DNA of 64,000 nt from positions 10,844 through 74,843 of the forward strand of contig DAHXLB010000032.1 of the NCBI GenBank assembly GCA_027371855.1. Reading direction: 5' to 3'. The DNA comes from a bacterium (GTDB lineage: Bacteria > Patescibacteriota > Dojkabacteria > JAKAPS01 > JAJZLI01). The position numbers were made by a program, and so were the translations under genes. The notes under the pieces were generated by a model that ran no database searches, was not told the origin of the DNA, and saw only the letters and a list, made by a program, of their open reading frames with translations. Shown in pieces: positions 61,678 to 64,000 of this stretch; the stretch's first letter is position 1, and each line of letters starts with the position of its first letter.

Positions 61678-62814
61678 ATGGATGATTATTATAAAATTTT
61701 AGGTGTATCAAAGGATTCCGATATAAAAGAAATCAAAAGAGCATATAGGAAGCTTGCAGGAGAACACCATCCTGATAAGAATAAATCTTCAGATGATAAA
61801 AAATTTAAAGAGATTAATGAAGCATATTCAGTTTTGTCTGATCCACAAAAAAGAGCTAGTTATGATAGATTCGGGAATGCTGACTTTGCAAATCAACAAG
61901 GAGGTCCTAGTGGTGGGTATACTTCTGGAAGGCAGGCTGGTGGTGCCACTGGTGGCTTTAGGTATGAAACTTCTAGTGCTAATTTTGGAGGATTTGAAGA
62001 TATATTTTCTGATCTTTTTGGTGGAGGATTCTCACAAACTGGTACTGGGTCAGGATCACAATCTAGATCTAGGTCTGGGACTCCAGATTTATCTGGAGAT
62101 GATATGGAAATATATATCAATGTTGACCTAAAAGATATAGTTTTTGGCGCAGAAAAACAGCTTTCTTTCTATGCTATGGTAAAATGTGCAACATGTAGAG
62201 GAATTGGATCTTCAACATTTAAAACTGAAACATGCTCTACTTGTAAGGGAAGTGGGCGCATAAGGAAGGTGTCACAAAGCTTCTTTGGAAATGTTGCAGT
62301 TGAAGAGGCATGTTCCACATGTAAGGGTACAGGAAAGATAATAAGAGATAAGTGTAGAATATGTGGAGGTTCTGGAAGAGTTAAACAATTAAAAAAAATG
62401 GTTGTTAAAATTCCAAAAGGCGCAAATGATGAAAGCATTTTAAAATTTCAAAAGGATGGAGGAGCAGGATTGAATGGAGGAGAAAGTGGAGACTTATATA
62501 TTCATATTAAGGTTAACCAAGACTCTAGATTCAGGAGGGATGGTAATGATTTAAAAGTGGAATCTCATATTAGTATTTCAACTGCAGTACTTGGGGGTGT
62601 ATTAAATATTGATACTCTATATGGAGCAATAAATTTGAAAATTCCACAAGGGACACAAAGTGGGGAAGTTTTTAGAATTAAACAAAAGGGTATTCCATAT
62701 CTTCATGGAAGAGGAATTGGAGATTTATATGTTACAGTTAAAGTAAACATTCCTAAAAGACTTTCAGGGAATGAGAAAAAACTATTTGAAACCTTAAAAA
62801 CTTTAGAGTATTAA
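61678..62814 (+). CDS. dnaJ: molecular chaperone DnaJ
   Basis: J-domain DYYKILGVSKDSDIKEIKRAYRKLAGEHHPDKN, a Gly/Phe-rich linker, four CxxCxGxG zinc-finger repeats and a C-terminal substrate domain. Confidence 0.9.
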   Translation: MDDYYKILGVSKDSDIKEIKRAYRKLAGEHHPDKNKSSDDKKFKEINEAYSVLSDPQKRASYDRFGNADFANQQGGPSGGYTSGRQAGGATGGFRYETSSANFGGFEDIFSDLFGGGFSQTGTGSGSQSRSRSGTPDLSGDDMEIYINVDLKDIVFGAEKQLSFYAMVKCATCRGIGSSTFKTETCSTCKGSGRIRKVSQSFFGNVAVEEACSTCKGTGKIIRDKCRICGGSGRVKQLKKMVVKIPKGANDESILKFQKDGGAGLNGGESGDLYIHIKVNQDSRFRRDGNDLKVESHISISTAVLGGVLNIDTLYGAINLKIPQGTQSGEVFRIKQKGIPYLHGRGIGDLYVTVKVNIPKRLSGNEKKLFETLKTLEY

Positions 62815-62860
62815 TTTTTTATTGTTCAAATCATCTTGTTGGTATAGTATACTTATATTT

Positions 62861-64000
62861 ATGAGTGCTGCCTGCAAAACATCAAGTAAAAAGAAAAAAT
62901 CATTAGTAGAAAAATATGCAAAGTACTTTGTTTTAATATTGATAGCTATAATATCAATAGCTATCTTTGTTTTTATAAATAATGGTAAACATATATTTGC
63001 ATCTGGCCCAAGTGGTTTTTTAAAGGATCTAGTATATACAATAAACAATTCCGGAAATACAAATACACTTACTAATTATCAGGTAGAGGTAATCGTGAAT
63101 ACACAAGTTCTAATATCGGCTGGCCAGATGCAATCAGGATGTCAAGATATACTGTTTACTACTACATCTGGTACTAATATGTCATATTGGACAGAAGGAG
63201 GATGTAATACTACCACAACTCAAATATGGGTACTGATTCCATCTATTCCTGCATCTTCCTCTTTGAATTTTGATATGTGGTATGACAATTCTACTGCCAT
63301 AGCTGCAAGTGATGGTAGTACGACATTTAACTATTTTGATCAAGGAAATTCTTTATCTAATTGGACTACTGTAGGATCAGCTGGACAAAATACAACTACA
63401 GGGAACCCTGCTCCATCATATTATGCAAATTCCTCGAATGGTGATTATATGTATAACAATGTTGGGTTAACTCCTGGAGAAGTACTGACATTTAATATAA
63501 ATTCATCTGGGTTAGGGGATTTATTTTTTCTTACAAATTCAGCTGGTGCTGGACAGATGTATAGATCTGATACCAGGGGTGCGGGTTATTGGAGTGGTTT
63601 TGCGGCAACCAGTTCTTGGACAGCTTGGAGTGGGCCAGGAAGTGGGTTTAATTCAGTTAACAATACCTGGTATAAGTTTCAGATAGTAGTGACATCGTCA
63701 ACTTCTGCATCACTGTACTATAAACAAACTATAGGAGACTCTCCTAGTGTGAATGGAACATTAGTTGGAACGTATACCATAACAGATAATGGAGGATATA
63801 TAGGTCTTATAGGAGATGCTTTAGGATCATCATACACAACATACATAGATAATATTATTACAAGACAGTACTCTAATCCTGAACCTACTGTTGCATTGCA
63901 GGATTTAGCACCAAATTCTCCAACAACGCTTACTCAACAAAAAACCGAGGTTGGGCTTAATACCGGGACTTATTATTATGAAGTATCTGCACTAACCGCT
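62861..64000 (+). CDS. paralogue of the giant DUF2341/LamG surface protein, 3' end truncated by window end. It is absent from the ORF track.
   Basis: Manual translation from the ATG at 62861: MSAACKTSSKKKKSLVEKYAKYFVLILIAIISIAIFVFINNGKHIFASGPSGFLKDLVYTINNSGNTNTLTNYQVEVIVNTQVLISAGQMQSGCQDILFTT...TQIWVLIPSIPASSSLNFDMWYDNS... The frame stays open to position 64000. It carries the same DUF2341-like and LamG-like blocks as 37757..42121, including RQYSNPEPTV matching RQYSSPEPTI. Confidence 0.6.
   Translation, partial: MSAACKTSSKKKKSLVEKYAKYFVLILIAIISIAIFVFINNGKHIFASGPSGFLKDLVYTINNSGNTNTLTNYQVEVIVNTQVLISAGQMQSGCQDILFTTTSGTNMSYWTEGGCNTTTTQIWVLIPSIPASSSLNFDMWYDNSTAIAASDGSTTFNYFDQGNSLSNWTTVGSAGQNTTTGNPAPSYYANSSNGDYMYNNVGLTPGEVLTFNINSSGLGDLFFLTNSAGAGQMYRSDTRGAGYWSGFAATSSWTAWSGPGSGFNSVNNTWYKFQIVVTSSTSASLYYKQTIGDSPSVNGTLVGTYTITDNGGYIGLIGDALGSSYTTYIDNIITRQYSNPEPTVALQDLAPNSPTTLTQQKTEVGLNTGTYYYEVSALTA

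Noticed and set aside
61754-62438. ORFs 61754..62131(+), 61893..62120(-) and 62169..62438(-) overlapping dnaJ
   Set aside because: They are alternative-frame or antisense ORFs across the Gly-rich and zinc-finger regions of dnaJ. dnaJ is unambiguous.
62803-63048. 81-aa minus-strand ORF at the dnaJ / DUF2341 paralogue junction
   Set aside because: It overlaps the start of the manually identified plus-strand DUF2341/LamG gene, which shows clear paralogy to 37757..42121.

Overview
The window looks like a low-GC chromosomal segment from a small, streamlined genome, probably CPR/Patescibacteria-like (inference). The standard genetic code applies, since long ORFs have no internal TGA breaks. It spans the replication origin: a perfect DnaA box upstream of dnaA, then dnaA, an AT-rich DnaA-box-bearing oriC candidate and dnaN. 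Core housekeeping blocks are recognisable: trmD-trxA; hrcA-grpE-dnaK with a CIRCE-like operator; rpmH-rnpA-yidC with convergent rsmA; dnaJ; galU; and a compact pentose-phosphate cluster (6PGDH-like, tal, pgi, zwf, rpe, rpiB). A large share of the window encodes cell-surface machinery. There is a type IV pilus system with two tandem major pilins, pilM/N fusion, pilO-like, pilC, three prepilin-type minor pilins plus a ComGG/PilY1-like tip-protein candidate, and a pilB located 11 kb away. A GGDEF diguanylate cyclase sits divergent to pilC. A 1454-aa DUF2341/LamG/FN3 surface protein is translationally coupled to a MacB-type ABC ATPase-permease fusion, and a paralogue of it starts at the window's 3' edge. 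Between 51 and 61 kb there are two paralogous minimal T4SS-like modules with VirB3/PrgI-like, VirB6/TrbL-like and VirB4 ATPase components. In both copies the VirB4 is split into a separate N-domain ORF and an ATPase ORF. A convergent sortase follows, and a third VirB6-like paralogue lies at 1.7-3.3 kb. A family of 15-bp-periodic, CTAG- or CCTC/GAGG-centred palindromic mini-repeats is dispersed through intergenic regions and inserted in-frame into several genes. I saw no rRNA, tRNA, CRISPR array, integrase or transposase. Many ORF-track entries are antisense shadows inside real genes and were rejected.
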